DNA of 64,000 nucleotides from Dehalococcoidia bacterium (GTDB lineage Bacteria; Chloroflexota; Dehalococcoidia; Lucifugimonadales; JAGWBF01): NCBI GenBank assembly GCA_965247055.1, contig CBDFGE010000006.1, positions 31,205 to 95,204 of the forward strand, read 5' to 3'. Shown piece by piece: positions 62,019 to 64,000 of this stretch (position 1 is its first letter; each line of letters starts with the position of its first letter). The notes under the pieces were generated by a model. It saw only the letters and a program-made list of their open reading frames with translations, ran no database searches and was not told where the DNA came from. The position numbers and the translations under genes were made by a program.

Positions 62019-63575
62019 ATGGGGACCATGAAGTACGACGTTGTTATAATCGGGGCCGGATCGGCGGGTTGCCCCCTGGCAGTGCGGCTATCCGAGGACC
62101 CCTCGCGCTCGGTACTCCTTCTAGAGGCAGGCCCCGACTACCCCGAACTGGAACGGCTCCCCGATGACCTGAAGTACGCTTACACCGACGCCGCTTTCCG
62201 AAAAGACGCGCCCCACAACTGGTCCTTCGTAGGCACCGCGACGCCATATCAGGAGGAGCCGATGCTGGTGCCCAGGGCGAGGGTCATGGGCGGGTGCAGC
62301 GCTCATAACGGCCCTGGGCCCATGTTCCTGCGGGGGATTCCCGAGGACTTCGATGACTGGGCGTCCTGGGGCAACGACGAGTGGTCCTTCAAGAAGGTCC
62401 TCCCCTATTTCCGGAAACTGGAGAGGGACCTGGACATCCAGGATGACTACCACGGCACCGACGGCCCCATCCCGGTGCGGCGCCAGAAGAGGCAGACGTG
62501 GCACCCCTTCCAGGAGGCCTTCTACACGGCCTGCGTGGACGCCGGTTTCCCCGAGCACCCCGACGTCAATAATCCTGACCACACCGGAATAAGCCCTAGA
62601 GCCGAGAACAACCTCGAAGGCATCCGCATGAGCACGGCCCTGACCTACATCAACCCCAACCGCCACAGGCTGAACCTGACCATCAAGCCCAACGTCCTGG
62701 CCAGGCGCATCCTGTTCGATGGCCGGAGGGCGACGGGAGTGGAGGTGGAAAGCGGAGGAGAGCGTTTCACCGTGGAGGGTGGGGAGATCATCCTGAGCGC
62801 GGGCGCCGTCGCATCCCCCCAGCTCCTTATGCTGTCGGGGGTGGGGCCGGCCGACCATCTCCGGAGTCTGGGTATCCCAGTGGTACAGGCGGTACCGGGG
62901 GTAGGGCAGAACCTCAGAGACCACCCGAACTTGAGCATATTGTGGCGGGTGAAGGAGGGCTTCCCGACGGACCCCCACGCCCCCAGGCTCCAGACCTCCC
63001 TACGCTACACCGCCGAGGGCTCCAGCTCCCGCAACGACATGAAGATCAACCCCGTTTCCTTCTCATCGGCCGTTCCCCATGGCGGGGACCCGATGCAGTC
63101 CGAGGGCGTTCGCATGTCCCCCGGTCTCTACCTGGCGGTGGGTGCCGGGGAGCTCACCCTCACCTCTACCGACCTGAGAGTGCAGCCCCACATGGACTAT
63201 TGCTTCCTCGAGGACCCCTGGGACCGGCAGCGGCTGAGGGAGGGTATCCGGATGTCCGTACGGTTACTGGAGCACGGGGCTTTCAGGGACATGCTCGCCG
63301 GGCGAGTGACGCTTACCGACGAAGAGCTGGCCTCGGACGAAGCCCTCGACGCGTGGATGCTCGGGTGGGTCAAGACCTCTTACCACATCTCCGGCACCTG
63401 CAAGATGGGGCCGGCTTCAGACCCCATGGCGGTGGTCGACCAGTACTGCAGGGTACACGGGCTTGAGGGGCTGCGGGTGGCGGACGCCTCCATAATGCCC
63501 GACGTCACACGGGCCAATACCAACGCGACCACGATCATGATCGGCGAGCGGGTCGCGGACTTCTTCAGAACCTAG
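62019..63575 (+). CDS. GMC family oxidoreductase (choline dehydrogenase-like)
   Basis: KYDVVIIGAGSAGCPLAVRLSEDP...LLLEAGP, a C-terminal active-site region (...YHISGTCKMG...), and VADASIMP. The start is ATG 62019 or 62028. Confidence 0.88.
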   Translation: MGTMKYDVVIIGAGSAGCPLAVRLSEDPSRSVLLLEAGPDYPELERLPDDLKYAYTDAAFRKDAPHNWSFVGTATPYQEEPMLVPRARVMGGCSAHNGPGPMFLRGIPEDFDDWASWGNDEWSFKKVLPYFRKLERDLDIQDDYHGTDGPIPVRRQKRQTWHPFQEAFYTACVDAGFPEHPDVNNPDHTGISPRAENNLEGIRMSTALTYINPNRHRLNLTIKPNVLARRILFDGRRATGVEVESGGERFTVEGGEIILSAGAVASPQLLMLSGVGPADHLRSLGIPVVQAVPGVGQNLRDHPNLSILWRVKEGFPTDPHAPRLQTSLRYTAEGSSSRNDMKINPVSFSSAVPHGGDPMQSEGVRMSPGLYLAVGAGELTLTSTDLRVQPHMDYCFLEDPWDRQRLREGIRMSVRLLEHGAFRDMLAGRVTLTDEELASDEALDAWMLGWVKTSYHISGTCKMGPASDPMAVVDQYCRVHGLEGLRVADASIMPDVTRANTNATTIMIGERVADFFRT

Positions 63576-63640
63576 CCACCGGGCAGAACTCCGGTGCGAT
63601 GGAGCAGCAGCAGTCGGGACGGCGCTTTGGAGGGGAGGCT

Positions 63641-64000
63641 ATGGCCGGGGACGAACAGTACGATGTGGTGGTGGTGGGGGCGGGTAACGCCGCGCTGAGC
63701 GCGGCCATCTCGGCGCGGGAGCACGGGGCCCGGGTGCTGGTGCTGGAGAAGGCGCCGGTTTACTTCAGGGGTGGCAACTCCTACTTCACCGCTGGCGGCT
63801 TTCGATTCCCCTTCAACGGGCTGGAGGACATCGTCGAGGCGGTGCCGGACCTCTCCGAGGAAGAGGTCCGGACGATAGAGGTCGGCAGCTACACCGAGGA
63901 CGACTTTTACAACGACCTTATGCGCCTGACCGAGGGCCTTGCGGACGCGGAGCTGGTCAACGTGCTGGTGACCCAGGCCAAGCCCACGATCTTGTGGATG
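63641..64000 (+). CDS. FAD-binding flavoprotein (tricarballylate dehydrogenase TcuA / fumarate reductase flavoprotein-like), N-terminal fragment running off the window
   Basis: GGAGGGGAGG RBS, then MAGDEQYDVVVVGAGNAALSAAISAREHGARVLVLEKAP...GGNSYFTAGGFRF. The frame stays open to the window end. Confidence 0.75.
   Translation, partial: MAGDEQYDVVVVGAGNAALSAAISAREHGARVLVLEKAPVYFRGGNSYFTAGGFRFPFNGLEDIVEAVPDLSEEEVRTIEVGSYTEDDFYNDLMRLTEGLADAELVNVLVTQAKPTILWM

Noticed and set aside
1-64000. I scanned by eye for tRNA, rRNA or tmRNA genes, transposases, integrases, phage genes and intrinsic terminators.
   Set aside because: I saw no T-loop/acceptor-like tRNA signatures, no rRNA-like segments, no IS/integrase-type ORFs or terminal inverted repeats, and no convincing GC-stem plus U-tract terminators. 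tRNAscan-SE or Infernal would be needed to confirm these absences.

Overview
High-GC (about 64%) bacterial chromosomal segment, densely coding on both strands. Most intergenic regions carry sigma70-type TTGACA-N17-TATAAT promoters, and no convincing intrinsic terminators were seen. My lineage guess is a monoderm Chloroflexota/Thermomicrobia-like or actinobacterial organism, at low confidence, based on PT-rich linkers, a giant Ig-like surface protein, and archease/RtcB. Most of the window is housekeeping or metabolism: a metal ABC transporter, trxB, modABC, argF, der-plsY-gpsA, hrcA/dnaJ-prmA-rsmE, bioY, rho, fsa, pyrG, hflKC, ftsH, gltBD, comEC and sthA. I found no rRNA, tRNA, CRISPR array, transposase or integrase. 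Items worth a second look, most interesting first: (1) a single-gene fusion of a pentapeptide-repeat beta-helix to a divergent C-terminal TIR-like domain (13999-15246). This is the best candidate for an undescribed sensor-effector (defence-like) module. (2) An effector-less NB-ARC/STAND NTPase with seven exact 40-aa TPR units. It lies 12 bp downstream of an MFS transporter and in the same reading frame. (3) A BrnT/BrnA-like toxin-antitoxin cassette with a consensus promoter, a perfect 12-bp palindromic operator and a frameshifted toxin. (4) An intact archease next to an rtcB gene gutted by an internal deletion of roughly 250 codons plus a homopolymer frameshift. (5) A 1230-aa secreted surface protein with dockerin/EF-hand-like loops and three internal repeats, followed by a small C-terminally anchored partner. 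(6) At least five decayed genes in the window, an unusual density. All family assignments come from reading the translated ORFs by eye. No database search was run.
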